64,000 nt of DNA from Paramecium tetraurelia (Eukaryota). Position 1 is the first letter of the stretch, and each line of letters begins with the position of its first letter. The translations under genes and the position numbers were made by a program. The notes under the pieces were generated by a model. The model did not search any database and was not told the origin of the DNA. It saw only the letters and a program-made list of their open reading frames with translations. The DNA is taken from contig CT868485.1 in the NCBI GenBank assembly GCA_000165425.1, forward strand, positions 372,001 through 436,000. The letters run 5' to 3'. Below, in pieces: positions 1 to 15,236 of the stretch.

Positions 1-3000
1 TGAAATTTGAAAAACTAAAATCAAAGTATTTGCAATAATTAATGATTATCATGTCATCTGTAAATTAATAGAATGAATATTTATTATTAGTTGTTATTTC
101 ATCAGTATGCTATATATTTATCGCTTTGATTTAATTTTCTTTATCAATAATACATACAAGTTTATGAAAGTATTAGGCAATCAACACGATATCTACAAAT
201 ACTTTTATAAACTCTAAATCAGGTAATCTCTTAAAGTTGATTTGGATTTGATTATCATTGGTAATTTATGACTCGAAATGATGATCTCTATAGTTTATGA
301 TCAGATTATAAAAGAAATTTGAAACTTCATCTATTTCTGGATAAATGATTTTTGTTTCCCCCAAAAGAGAGTACACTTAGAGTGTTTGATCTTTAAGTTT
401 AATTAGGGCTTCTCCTTCATGCTTGAATGGAGCAAAAATAATCTCAATTTTTGTAATCAAATTCTAAATAATTCTAATTTTAATCGATGAGATTGATTAA
501 ACTTCAAAGAACATTTATAATGAACTATTGATAGAACTTTGGTTTTTATTTGATAAAAACTGTTCATAACCCTTAATGAAACTGATTATGCCTGAATTTT
601 CAGCTATTATTCTGTCTGCTGCTCTATATACTTAATTATCGAGTTCATCATCAAATATAAGAAATACTTCCCTAAATTCCTCATGTTATTTTACAAAATT
701 ATTAAGTTCCCCTTATAATTTGTAACCCTTAATATTTGACTCAAAATAACACGCAGTATTTATCGGTTAGGTTGGTATGGGATCTACTACAAAAGTATCT
801 TCATTGATTCTGATAAAAACAGTGTTTGGTTGTATCACTGATTGCTATCTTTTTAAAGAATTAATTGAGATAAAATCGAAGTTGATTTAATCTACAAAAG
901 TAGGTGTCATTTATGATACTGTAATGTCACTGTAGGATGATGCTAAGCCCACTCCAAATAAATTATCTATTTTTTCCTATTTAACATTCTCATCTACTTC
1001 ATTCTATATTTCGATCATATGTTTTATGAAGTTTTTCTCATTACAAATGAATAAGTCTTTCTCCATATCAGTGATAAATAAGTTAAGAATGCTATTATTA
1101 AATAAGGGATCACTAGGCCAGTTAGATTAAAATAATACTATGGCCTGAAGATCCTCTAAACTAATGGACAATACACTTTAGTTATTCATTCCTATTTAGT
1201 AAGCTTATTACAATCTTACAATCTCCTCTTAACCTTTTGGTAGATTGTCAGTCAAAATATGAAATATCAAACTCCCTGGTTTTGTTTTGCATACCAATTA
1301 TCCAAAGATTAAATTTAATTTAGAATTCTCAGAATAAAATACTGCACAAATATCACCTAATTTACAATTACTAACGTAAAATGAAGTAGTCAACTAAAAA
1401 CCAAATTGCAAATCTATGTTTGAGTTTTTTGTTGAGCAAATTTATTTATTTAAGTTGCACACCTTTTCTATGACAAATCCTCCTTTAGATTTAAAAAGCT
1501 ATCTAGTATTTGAATTCAAAATTTCATTTAAATTCTTTTTATGTTTAATAGAATTCAAAAGACAATGCAATCTAATATAAAACATAGTATTGAATTTTTC
1601 GTTTATGAATGAATTTTCCAAATATCTATATAAATCCGTTGTGAAATAACAATAAAGTTTATTTAAAATATACCAAATGCTCTCAAATTCTTTTAATCTC
1701 GTTTCATTGTTTTTTATTGACATCACTCTCATAATCTCTCCTGAAAATATAAATTATAATTGTGAATGATCCACTGAAAATGTTACTGTTTTATTGATGA
1801 GTGAACTTATTTCATTCGAATAATTAAGCAAGCATCCATCAACTTATAATTTATTAAAAATAAATTAAACAAGTTGATCAGCGCTGAAAATCTAATTAAA
1901 AAAGTCATAAATGTTAAGGATATTATTGTAATACAATTAAATTCTAGTATCTGGAAGCATTATATTATTTTTTATCTGAGTTATTTATGAGGAGTTTGGT
2001 TCAATTTTCACATTCAACCTTATAATTAAGATCTAATTTTAAAGCAAATAAGTGGTATTACCAAATAAAAATGTTTTATCAAGATGACAATTCGTATCCA
2101 CAAATTAGCAATGCTACTAAGCCAAATCAGAAATTTCATTAAACTCAACATACACGCCCCTTATTACCTTTAACACTTATTAAGCCTATTCCAAATTATG
2201 ATATATTAATGTGTTGAAAATCATAGCTAGGCTCTTCCATTCCAATAATGCATCTATCAATGAATATATTTCAACTAGAGGATATTTTTAACTCTGTTAA
2301 TCAATTAATTTGCTTATAAAGACCTCCAAAAATGAAGTTGCATTGATTCTCCAAATTAATTTCAAATTGTCCTTTTTGTCAATTGAAGAATATGTTCTTA
2401 CTTTTTCCACAAAATTAAATAGCTTATTAAAAATGCATTAAATGCTATAGGTTGTAAATAAACAATCTGAAAATTTGATTGAATTATTCTAAATATAAAA
2501 TGGAAAGTCAACAACCCATTCTTCTAATTGTTTTTACCCTTCAATCAAATTACCTAAATATTCATTATATTTATAAAGATCCTAAACTAAAATTGAGATT
2601 GTTTTTCGACTGTCATATTATTCAATGAATTCCTTTTCACTTAGTTTAATTACATTTAACTTAACATTTGGCTATTAGAATTAATAGAATTCCGAAAAGA
2701 TTATTTCCTTTTGATTCTATTTTTTATGTCTCTGTCGCACTTAATAGGTATTATCAGGTAAGAGTTCTAACATGAACTGGAAATCCTCTCGTAATTTCTA
2801 TCTCTTACTTGTGGAAACCTATTTAGATAAACTTAAAGCTCCCAAAGATTAACCCATTTATGAAGATTGTTATCTCTATAATACTGGTTGTTAAATAGAC
2901 ATTTGCTATGACAATTCAGGTTGTCTAATTTATTCATGTTGATGAGGTGCAAATAAATCATCAATTTCATATTATCCACACCTTCCTTAAGGTTTTGTTA

Positions 3001-6000
3001 ATTCTAATATTTAATTTATGCAATTTTCATAATTTATATCATCGAAATCAATTGAATTCAAAGCCCTTAAATCAAATTTACTTAAATTAACCTACTTATT
3101 ATTAACAGTTTTATGCTATAATATATTTTCCAACAATATAGGTTACTCATCTAAATTTTTTTTGTGTTCTTTTTATTTAAAGAAAGTTAAAATTCGGTCA
3201 ATTTTATCTTAGCTTAAATTGAATTGATTGTTTTCAAATGTCAAATAGATTTCATAACATTCAGAAGAAAACTTTATATCTTCATCACCAAAGTAAATCT
3301 AAAATCTATTCTTAATTTATTTGTCATGCTTTTTTTCCTTTTAATAATAACCCTACCATGAACATTACGCTTTGAAATTTTCAATAATTGTTTCGATTTA
3401 CTTGATTTAAATCATGCTTTTGAGAACTACAATTTCTAGAGCATTTTCTTAAAAATTAAGACTTTCAAAAAAGCGATCCTTCTCAATATTTAAAGTGACT
3501 TCTGAGAAATCCTTCAAAAATTACAAGGTATTGTTTGTAAACTATATCTATGACAGACTTTATTAATTTAATTGTTATTTAAGTAAATCGTAGGTTTTCT
3601 AAAACAATGGAATTGAAATATATTGCTTTTTTAATAGGTTAGGATTGTAATTGTCTTATTTTATACTATGTAATAACATTAATATATAGGCTACAGATGG
3701 TTTCATGTATTCTCTTGGTATAGGATGCTCCTCTTCTTGTTCAATCACTTCATCTTCTATAGGCACTCCATTTTGAGGAATTCTTATGTATTCTTTGTAC
3801 ATTTTGGAATGATAACTCAAGAAATTGTCAAGTTCAGGAGTATCTTTCAATTTAGCATATAAAATCACGGCTATATCTAAGGTTACCTGTATTGCTTTTA
3901 AGACTTTTAAAAGCAATTGAGGATTAATTTGGCAAAGTTCAATAACCAATTTACTATTAAGTATTTAATATTGAAGACAATTTTTAAAGATATTTTGAAA
4001 TAAGCTTTAGTCTAAATTTTGGATCTAATTCTTGCTTTTTTACTCAGTAATTAATTATATAAACAGATGCTCTGGATATTTATACTTTTCCAAACATTCC
4101 CATTTATTTTCACTTAAGGCTAAAGATAACATTGTATTTTTTAATTCAATTTCCGCTTTCAACTTAAATACTGAATTTATGCAAGCCTATTCAAATAAAA
4201 TTAATTCATTGATTTATTTATCCTTAATGTAAAAACTGTTTGATTTTTTAGGAAGGGTTTTCTATTTAGAAGTAACTTTTTTTTTACCCTTTTTATTCTT
4301 CTTTTTCTTTTTTTTTGGTTTTTTCTTTTTTTCTCCTTCTTCTTCTTCTTCTCCTTCTCCAACTTTATTTTTATTTTCCTATTATTTTTCTTTCTTCTTT
4401 TTTCTTTCAAATTCAGGCCAATGTAGTTCTTATTATGCCAATGATAACAATTCAAAATACTTTTTATAAAATTATTCTTCTTTCGAGTTTTCCTCTAATT
4501 TATCAGGACGAATCTGACATTTCAGAATATATGGTGAGCTTATCAACTTCAAATCATCCTGTGTTATGATTCCATCCAAATAGTTCAAAACATAATAGCA
4601 TTTATTCATTAAAGCAATTTAATAGACCTTATATTCAGTTAAATTAGAAGATAGTTGCAATTGGCTTTTAATTACATCATAAGTTTTTTGCTTACCTATC
4701 AAATTTGTTAAAAATGCAAGAAAACATTCCGCAAAAACTTTCTCCATTTTTTTGAAAAATACGTAATATAGTATAGGAATGTTATTGAGTGATAATAATT
4801 TTTCATATGCTTATACTTTTCCCTTAACAAATGAATTGAAATATTTAATGATATTATTCTCGCATTATTAAATTATTAAAATTTAGAATACATTATTTGT
4901 TAAACCACATTTTACAGGTTCGGCATGTAGATTCAATGCATAAGTAATTGAGGCATAATTATTGCTCATAATTGCAGCTACTAAATGATTCTATGTAAAC
5001 TATGATTATTTTGTGATGTGATCATGTCTACCCTTTCTAAGAAATACTTGATTCTTAGTTAATTCATTTGATGTGTATTACAAGTTGTAAAATGTTGTCT
5101 TTATTTTTTCAGATTCTTTATAATAATTGAAAATCTCCGAAGAATATGAATTACTTTTTAATAGCTCTACTTATTTAGTTACATAATACAAAGTAGTGCT
5201 ATTGAATCTAATGTTTTCTAATTCACTTAAATTCTTTTACAGAAACTTTACACATTTCATATTCTCATGCTATTAACTTAAAATCAGATTAGCAGTTTCA
5301 TTTTATGACTCATTTCTCAAACTCAATAAAATTTCCAAGAAAAATTACTTCTAAAATGATGTGAATCTTTAAGGAAATTCAAATTCTATTTCTGCTTATT
5401 TCAAATTGGCATTAGCATTGTATAAATCAATATAACCCTGTGCTCTCGATGATAAAAAACTGTTAGGAAATCTGTTCTCTTTAAATACTTGCAATAATGT
5501 TGTAATAATGGCTTGATATTTCTCAATTTTTTATTTCTTTGGGTATAATAAATTGGAGTAATACTCATAATTTGCTATTATTTATTTAGATTTAACTTTT
5601 TTTGGATTAAATTATTTTTACACTATTTCAATGCATTTAAGAAAATCTACTTTCTACCCTCCTGAATTCATAAATAATGGCGATCTATCTTGCATTTAAC
5701 TTCCAAAACTCTAATTTTGTTAATGATTTAATGTTTTTTGTATATTGTGTACTTTTTTGACATACTTAGTTTTGAGAAGAGACATATTATTGGTTTTGCA
5801 AAACTCATCAACAATTTTTTAAGCCTCCTATTTTAACTCCAGTTTAGTCTTTTTATTTCTCAATTATTTGAATTTTAATTCGTTAGGTTTAAGATCAAAA
5901 AATAGATATTTATTAGTTTTTTTAACAGTTTAATTTCCGTTTTCATCCATCTCTTCTGCTTCATCTTCATTTGTATCTTAATTATCAAATTTGATAGATA

Positions 6001-9000
6001 ATTACTCCTCTAAATAAGATTTTACCATTTAAAAGTATGCTGTACTATATGTTTCAAAACTGAAATCACCTTAACTAAGTATAAATTATAATTTTTCATG
6101 TAGCCCATTTTCAAGGAATAATTATAAATGTTTAGTTTTTTATTCCATAGTCAAAGGTATTTATTTATAAAATTCTTAATACTGAGACAAAGTAAAAACT
6201 ATGTAATAGGGTTTAGACAAGGCTTTATAATAATTCTCTAAGCCTTCTGGGCATTTTAACGGTGTTTAGTATATTTAATTATCAAGAACTATGGAATTAT
6301 TCTCACAAAAGTGCAATAGTTAATTTAATGATTTGGTTGATTAACTTTTTCTCAAAACATTTCCATAAAGAATATAAATTTAATTTTTTTTTAGCTTCAT
6401 TTAATTTAAATATTTAAGGGCTAATTGTTCTGAGCTTTAAAATAACGTGATAAAAAAATTTTAAATTTGACCAAGCTCTTCCTCATCATACGATTATTTC
6501 AGATAATATTCTAGGATTAAACTGATCAAATTAGGATTCTTTGGCATTTTCTTATTTTTTATAATATTTTAGGATATTGGATATATAACTTATTAGTCTT
6601 TTGGACTACTTAATAAGACACAAAGATGCTGTTCTTAACTATAACTCCATTCTTTTATATAAGAATAGAATAAATATTTTGTATTTTCATTAAACCTCTA
6701 CCAATTTTGAGGTGAAAACAATGTTATAATGTTCAAACTACAACCTCGAATAGGATTATAATGATCATCTTCCTTTTCAGGAAATTTCAGATCTAATAAT
6801 TTTGATAGTATTTAGTTATATTTTAACACATCCTAGTCATCCCATTAGCAGGTTTACCTTTTTATATTCTTTTAAAATAAAAAAGTATGAATGGTTATTA
6901 ATATGTGATCATATTATCTGAGTGTTAGAAGAGAATTTAAATACATAATATTGTCAAACGCTTCTGCTTCAATCATTTTCCAAATATTGTATATTAAATT
7001 CATTCTATCTTTATGCTCTTTTTGACAAATTTAAATATAACCTTGAAATTCCAAACTAAGCTTATTCGATTGAGCTAAAGCATTAACAAAATCAATTTTG
7101 TCAACAATTTAATCTCTAATAACTTTTTGTTTATGAGTTAATTTATCTTCTTTTATAGGAAAGGTTGAATTTATAATTTTTGCACTGATTCCTAAAATTT
7201 ACCAATCGAATGCTGATTCATATTGGTCTACTGTTAGATTATCAATAGTGACGTTTGGAAAATAATCCTCATTTATAAATAATTGTGGATGAAAATTGAT
7301 TTTATCTTTCAAAATCCAAAATTTAGTGAAGGATCGAAAATGTTTATGTTTGAGAATTTCTATAAAAGTTTTTTAGGATTCCGATTAAGAATAAAAAATA
7401 AGAATATTGTGATATGAAATTTTTACTCTAAAAGTGTGTTATTGATCATCTTTCTTATCATCACTTTCCTTTAGCTGCTGGATGATTGTTCTTTTTGATT
7501 AATAATTTGAGAAATCAAGTTAAATTAATGTTGAGAAATTGATAGTATAGATCACCTCATCTTCTTTTGGTTATGATTTATCATTTAATACAATCTCTAA
7601 TGAATCTTTTTTTGTCGTCAGATGAATTCTAGCTCTAATTTAAATCGAATCTAATATTTTCTTAAGCAAATGATCTTTAGAATTTAATTACTTTAATTCA
7701 AAGGCTTCCATCAACAATTCATATTTAGTATTTTAATTTATATCAAATAACAGTTATGCAGTTAGACATCCTTCTAATAATTTTTAATCCTTTAATTAAA
7801 CTAAGTAGGAATATATTGATTAATATTCTGTTCTTCTAAAATCAGTATTTCCAAAGATTGAAGCTATTAGTAATTTTGGTTATTGATTTATTTATTCTAT
7901 CACTACTGAATCAATCATATCAAATACTGTCTGATATGGATACTGCTTTTATTCTCTTTTTAAACTAATTAATTCTGCTAAAAGTTATGCTTAAAGAGAA
8001 AATCCGTTTGGGGTCTCAACATCTAGATTTAAACCAGAATCCATTAACTAAATCACTTAAGTAATACCCTATTTCACTTATTCTGAATTTCCATTCCTTA
8101 ATAACATATTCATCAATGACTATTATGTAGTTCCTATATCATAAGGGAAGTAACTTGTGTAAATATTAAAATTATTAATCCAATCAAATTTAACTTTAAA
8201 ATCTTTTTTAATTACCTATTTCGCTAATTGAATATAATGTAAGTAAACATTGTCATATTAAGTAAGTGGTTTTTTTTATGGATATTATTTTGCTAAAGTT
8301 TTACCGTATTTTTTAAAACGATAGAATCTCTCATACAAACTTGGATAAACATTGTTTTCATTTTGTTTAAGATCTTTTCTACGCTAATTTTTTATTTGAT
8401 TTGAATGAATATTAGCTTGAATATGCAATTTGTTTAAATCAAACTCCTTTGTAATAAATTGACTCAAAAATTGACAAACTGAATTTAATCCTACCTTATG
8501 TGAATCCAAATAAGAAATCAATGGAATAAAATCATTGTACGGTTATAGTAGTAATTATTTTAACATCTATTCTTCTGATCCACAAGAAGATAGTTGGGAC
8601 AAGATATTCATAAGGATGGCTTCATTCTCTTCTGAGATGTCCTTATTCATAGAAATGCAATGTGCGATATTCTTACCCTAACTTGTTGAATACTTAATAG
8701 CCTATTTGAGTTGTGATGGATAATCTGTTATATATTCTAATATAATGTTTATTGGAGCCCTTTCAAAAAAGATCATAAAAGGAGTCATTCCAGAAATATC
8801 TGGCTATTGGTAGTAGTTATTTGAGTACTATTTAAATAGTGTCCAATCTTTATTTAAGGCTATCTAGTGAAATATATTCATTTTTAGATATTTCAATTCA
8901 ATTTTACAAGAATTTACTTATTTACTTTCACCTTTTGGTATAGATTTTGGAATGCAGGAATTAGTGAAATTGTGATCAATCTTTGCATTACAATATATTT

Positions 9001-9872
9001 ATTCAAGGGTTGAATCTATTTAGAAATTTTTGAGTATTTTAACTATTGTTCCTAATAATTTGAGATGATAACGATTTTTAAAGTTAAATTCAGACTCAAA
9101 ATTTTATATTCCATTAAAAAGCGTAACTGATTCTATTCTGTGGACTAATTCACGAACTTGATTGGATTCTCTGATTGCTTTTAGAAAATTAATCTATTAT
9201 TAAACTTAGTTGTCGCTTTTTCTTAGGGGTTTAATTTTATTTATAATTCTAATTGCAATGTAATAGAGATCATCATTTATATGAAGTTTTTGCTCTAACA
9301 ATAAATAGGTTATTATTTCAAAATTATCAATATTAATTAGGATGAGTTCAAGCAAGGTGATGCCTGTACAACACTTTAAAAATAGAATTTCAGTCAATGA
9401 TTTCTCATACTTTTATGATATATTCTAAAAGTTAATAATATGTTACATTCAATTCTTCCAAGGTGAGTGTCTTCTCAAAGGTTTACAATTCAATTTCACT
9501 TATGATTTATTTGTCAGTCTCAGAATTATGATGAAGTGATCCAACATACTCCCTTCCAAGTTGGATTAATTTGTGCAATTTTTAATTTCTAGGTAATTTG
9601 GGTTTTTAAGGTTCTATAGGTTGTTAGGGGATTTCAAATTGGATATCCTCACGAATATCTTTTTTCATTGGTTTAGGGTATTTGGAAGGAGGAGGAGCGT
9701 CTTTTTTCTTTTACACATATCTTTTCCTTTCATCTTCATTTATATCCTCTTCAATAACTTGATTATTTTGGATATCCTGTTATTATATTTAAGGATGACT
9801 AATTTGGATAGGTTTGTTATTCAAAATTTCAGGTTCTTTAATTTGATTAGCTGCACTCAAGCAACAACCCAT
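1..9872 (-). CDS. Giant (>3,280 aa, 3' end beyond window) N-acylated ankyrin-repeat protein
   Basis: ATG at 9872 gives MGCCLSAANQ (myristoyl/palmitoyl motif). One 22-nt intron at 9425-9446. ORF-track pieces starting at 9397, 3949 and 1732 share one frame, and the stretches I translated in code 6 (about 9420-7970 and 1500-1) are open. Ankyrin-like motifs: PDISGMTPFMIF, SQGKNIAHCI, LDVETPNGFSL. Confidence 0.8.
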
Positions 9873-10198
9873 TTTTATTAAATAATAATTTTTTATATTA
9901 TTTTAAATGCTTATGACGAGCAATTCTGATTAATTGATCATTCTGATTTTAATAAAATAATCGATGAAAATCAATCATTAACCATACAGCAATCGAGTCT
10001 TCATTGTTAATATACGTTTAAAATTGAAGTAAAAATAGCCGTTCAACAAATTGAAGGGATGGCACTTCAATAGGTTATACTGACGATTGAATATCAAAGT
10101 CTAAGAATTGTCATTCGCTATTGATTTTAATAAACTACTTATCTGAATTAAGTATAATAAACGAATTGGTTACTTATAGTTTTAAAAAATAATTATAT

Positions 10199-13100
10199 AT
10201 GATTTCCCATGATGATACTATTAAACAATAATCTCAACCAACAGAAACCTTTCGTAGATTAATGCTGCCTCATAAGAGCGAGATAGCTTTGGGCTTTTAG
10301 AGTTTGACAAAACATACCAATACTACCAAAAATTTCTAAAGAAAACTATATACAACCAATAAACCTGAGGTAGATAGGAATCAAGAGAATGCCAATGCTT
10401 CATCCAGTTTTGAAAAAAACATAGCTGATGAACTTCTCAAACACGAAGTATGCGATTGGTAATTCTTCATGCAGAAGGATTAAGAGATAATCCAACAAAT
10501 GAATACTTCGGATGAATTCCCCTAAGAACCAACATACAAAGCAAAAACCTAAGAATCAACAAATAGAAGTTCCTAATTGCAAAAAGGAAATGAAAGATAC
10601 CTCTATTTTCAAAGAATGAAACAAGGAAAGTAAATTGTCATATTCTATACTAGCAAACTTCTACCAAATTTGAGCACCCAAGACTTTCTGAGTTCTGTAA
10701 GACACACAACTAAACTCAATGAGTTTGCTAAGGTTTACAAACAATAGCCTCAGAATCTCTATTTGAGTTTAAATCTATCATAGCCTCAGAGAGTCCCCAA
10801 GACCTTCGGTTTGATCCAAAATACGCAACAATTAGTTTCTGTGAACACCAATCGATGCCTAAGATCTCGCGAGGATTGTAGAGCATTTTCTCACGCAATG
10901 CAAACTCAACAAAGTAAGAGTATAACCAGTTTACAAATGAATCATAATATATTTGATCCCATGCAACTCAGAGATATGCTTTTAAGTTTCCCAACAACGT
11001 TGAAAGATATAGAATTGATTGACTGTAAATTACACTATTAACATATGGATGTATTAATGAGTTATATTAATAAAAATTAAATTAGCAAAATTAATTTGGA
11101 AAAGAATAACATAAGGGATTAAGGATGTAAAATAATTGTGAAATATTTGATGAATAACTATACTCTCCAACATCTCAATTTGAATAATAATCAAATTACA
11201 GAATCTTCCTGTTTGGGTCTTTCCAATTTATTGAAATAAACCTAAAGACTCCTAGAATTATATCTTGGATACAATCATTTAAATTCAAGTGCTGGTAACA
11301 CCATTTGGAAAGCCATGTATAAGAATACGAGCATCAAAATATTAGATTTATCTCATAACAATATTGCCTCACTTGATTGTGCAACCTCAATAGCTAAAGC
11401 AATAGCCAGACCTTACAATGAATTGCTTCATGTGGATCTTTCATACAATAAGTTTACCTACTTGTAAGCCCAACTTATAACTGATGCATTAATTAAAAAT
11501 GAAACTATTTATGGGTTTCACTTTGAAGGAAATCAGACTGAATTGGTAGTCAATTAGAACGGCTTCTTGATGAATAATATATAATAGAAAAAGGTGTAAA
11601 ATGACAAATTGACCTTGCTTTATAAGTAACCACAGTTTTTCAAATTATTGGATCAACCTAAAAAGGATGTTTTCATAGCTGCCAAACAATATGAAGAATT
11701 TGTTATGCCCTATAGTAGATAAAGAAAAATCAGATCAACAAAACTAAATGTCTAAAAAGTTAATTAAATGGGTAAGTTGGACACTTGTTGGATTTGCGAA
11801 GGTTGGTAAGAAATTAAATTTGAATGGACTGCATATAAATCAGGAAGTCTCTACAATGAACCCATATTCATTCATTTAGATTTTGAAGATTACAGACCTC
11901 TTTTGATGACTCATTTGAATAATGAATTCTTTTTGGTTAAAATGTGTCCACCCAATTAAAATATTCACTACTTTTTCACTAACCCAATTTTAGGAGTTTA
12001 ATAGCCAGCACTTGATCAACCTATTATTTAATTAGAAACTCCCTTGCCTTCCATTCCATTTCTATATAATGATGAAATTTTAGTGGATGGAAGTACAATT
12101 GAATGTCTGAATGTGCTGAAAACCTTTAATAAATAGTAGTTATTTGATAAGTATATGCCATTGGTATAATGCAAACCAAGAGAACCCTTGGCTAAATTTG
12201 ATTTCTCCCCCTATCTAAATATCAAGAAGCATTGTTGGTCAGTGGAGAATTCAATATTTCGAAATTTCTAACCAGATACTCCTCAATTAATTGATTAATG
12301 TTATGAGTTTGACTTTTAAAATTCGAAAGTTACGAGACTGGTTAAGGAGAATGAGGTAGCAGAAGTGAAGGAATCCCTAAGAGAGTTGTATAGAAATTTG
12401 TTTCATGTTTATAAATATCATGCATCTGGATCTTTGAATACTCCAATACCTTGCATTATGATACAAGATTTCATTGATTTTTTGGTCTAGACTTCATTAA
12501 TGGATGGCATGAAAACCAACGACATTGATATCAGTTTTACTTCTACAAGTGCAGCAAAGGATGTGGCCTTTCCTTAAGCATTTGAAAAAGGTATTGTCAG
12601 ATGTTAATTGTTGGAAATCATGATCAGATTATGCAATGATAAATATATTAGATCTGGAGTTTACACTACGATGGTGGATTCCATTAATGCTGTCAAACAA
12701 TAATCTTAGGAATATTTTGCTAGATTCGATTAATCATAGCAATGGAGAAAAACAAGACTTTGGAATCAAAAATGTGACATCTTATTAAATGATAGACTTG
12801 CCATGCTCAAATCCTTATACAAATATTGTTGCAAATTAAGTAAGAAACAACAAACTAAATTTGATTATGTATCATTTTCAGATTTTAAAGACTTCATATC
12901 TGAATGCAAATTGATATGTGATGATTTGAGTGAAAGGGAATCCTATACGGTATATCTCCAATCCATGGTTACATAGAAGGATGAACTATTTTCTTCAAAA
13001 CATTATTAAATGAATTTTCAAGAATTTATTGAAGCTTGTAGTCGACTAGCAGAAAAGCTATCCATAATTAGAGGAGATAAACCAATGGATCTAGATGATA

Positions 13101-13489
13101 GAAGAGTTAAGGATTTACACACAAAATTGGATGGATTTTTGTTGTATGTCTATTTAAATATTGGAAATCAAATGAAAACTGTTCTGTCTCCAAATGATCC
13201 CGATATCAAAGGATTGGACAAATGCATGATCAATGATTTCAAGTCACTGAAGTAGAAATTGGAGGACTCATTCACTGATGGAGATGAACCACCTTATGAT
13301 CCAAAGGTTGAACTGCCTCACCTTTCAAGTTAGATTACAAATTTACTGGGAAATACAATTGGAGGCAAAAAGTAAACTCTTAGACAATAGATAAAACAAT
13401 TGAAAAAAGAGGAGCAAAAGTTCGCACTTATTAATTTTGTGTAATACTTTAAGAGCTTACAACAAATAAATAAGGACTAAGATGACTGA
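10199..13489 (+). CDS. Leucine-rich-repeat (RNI-like) protein, ~1,090 aa
   Basis: Code-6 frame from ATG 10199 to TGA 13487-13489, shared by ORF-track pieces 10811 and 13010. LRR units such as LQHLNLNNNQI, LLELYLGYNHL, ILDLSHNNI. Possible 27-nt intron at 10448-10474. Confidence 0.8.
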
Positions 13490-13548
13490 TCTTACTTAAG
13501 CATATTTATGAAAATTATGTATAAAATAAAAATTAATCTTATAAATAC

Positions 13549-15236
13549 TCAATAATATTTCCAATTGAATTGCTCAGCCCTTCTACTCGAATTTATCGTA
13601 TGCATATTTGAACTTGATCTCCTTATTTTTCACTTTGATAGCTTCGTCCTCAGCCTTGTTTAAGGTGTGCAGGTTTTCAAATGGAAGAGAATAGATTCCT
13701 GATGATATGTATATTGATTGCATTTCATTGAGAAAATCTTTTCCTTTTGTCAACTTTTTCTAATAAACTAAAATATAAATGAATAATCAATACCTGTATT
13801 ATAAATTTTAGTAGCAACCGGAAAATAGTGTTAAAGCGCATATACATTTTTAGCCATGCTTGTTAATGCATAATATTTATCGTGTATATCAAGCTCTTAG
13901 AATTCGATGGTAGCAAATATTTGATTGTTTGACCACAGGGATAATACCTTGGATTGTCCTTCCTAATAATTTGACCATTCTTATTCTAATTTATCGAGTA
14001 ATTCCTTATCAAATTACTCGATGTATTAAATGAAATATTTTCTGCATTTTTCAGCATTCTGATTTTTGAGTTTAAGTCTTTTGATTCCTTCTAAAATGGA
14101 CATGCTGTTTTATATAATAGATCTTTCCCTTTCATTTAAGTAGCAACAAAATATTGACCATGCTCTTGCCAATGTATCCTCATCAGTTTTATATGCCTAA
14201 GTTAAGTATCTCAGGATAACTGATAATTTTCTGAGTAAGAGCAGATGTTTACTGTGATTTTCTAAATAGTTCGAGATAATAAAAAATGAATGATCTACGC
14301 ATTCACATCCTGTCCATCTGATTCTGAAGGGAAACTTCTTAATTCCAATTCCAATATCATCTCCAAAAGTCCATGCTGGTTTCTTTAATCTTCGTTTATC
14401 TTTTTCTTTCCTCTACATTTCGTATTCTAATTCCGTTCTCATTTAACCTTAAAAGCATTGTTCTATGAGAATGTTGAGTTTTGTTTTTAAACAGTATTTT
14501 TCTTCATTCAACAGTTTTCGCACTCCATATTTTTTATACAGTTTTATTCCTTGCTCATCTGCATTTTCTGCTACCTATTTATATTTATCCCTGAGCATCT
14601 CTAGTTCCTCATTGTACTTTATGATTTTTATGTTGATTATTTTTATGAAACTTATATTGAATTTTAATAAACTTATATTATGTCTAGAAGCTTGATTCTT
14701 CTCCTTTATATTTGCTGTCATGCCAACAACCTTTTCCAGAACTACTTTTAACTATTCAAGAATGCTTGGGATTATTTTCGTAATCCCTTCGAGTACTTTG
14801 AGATAATCATTCAAAACCTCCCCAAACCATTGCAATTTTAAATCGCCATTCAAACCCAAACTATAGTTCAAATATTTCCCTATGCAAATAATCCTATGCA
14901 ATACCTTCATTTTCAAATTTGTAAAACACTCCATTCTAGCCACCCTATCCTAGGTTACATATTGAAACATATCGAGTCCAAAAGCCAAATGCATCTATCA
15001 AGGTCTGATTAGCCGTTAAAGATACCTACAATAGGGGGTTTTATGCTTACTTTTGTGATGCGTAATAAAATGAGTCTGTTCCCTTCAACTTTCTTATATA
15101 GTTGTTAGACTTCACTTAATAAATTGTTTGCAACCAGGAACAATTGAGTCAACTCTATCGATTAAGTTCCTAGTTTAAGTAATTGAAAATCATTAAATGC
15201 CAATGCAACAGTGTCACCTGAAGTAGTACACCCCAT
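13549..15236 (-). CDS. Hypothetical protein with N-terminal MGC acylation motif
   Basis: ATG 15236 gives MGCTTSGDTVALAF; short GT..AG introns; ends ...EQFNWKYY-TGA at 13549. Confidence 0.7.

Noticed and set aside
4201..4569. Overlapping K-rich and F/L-rich ORFs in the track
   Set aside because: They are off-frame and antisense readings of a K/E tract inside the giant minus-strand gene.
9907..10125. Two short open frames and a TGACGA/CTGA pair between divergent genes
   Set aside because: No motif or homology is visible, the boxes are too close for a C/D snoRNA, and short open frames are common when only TGA stops.
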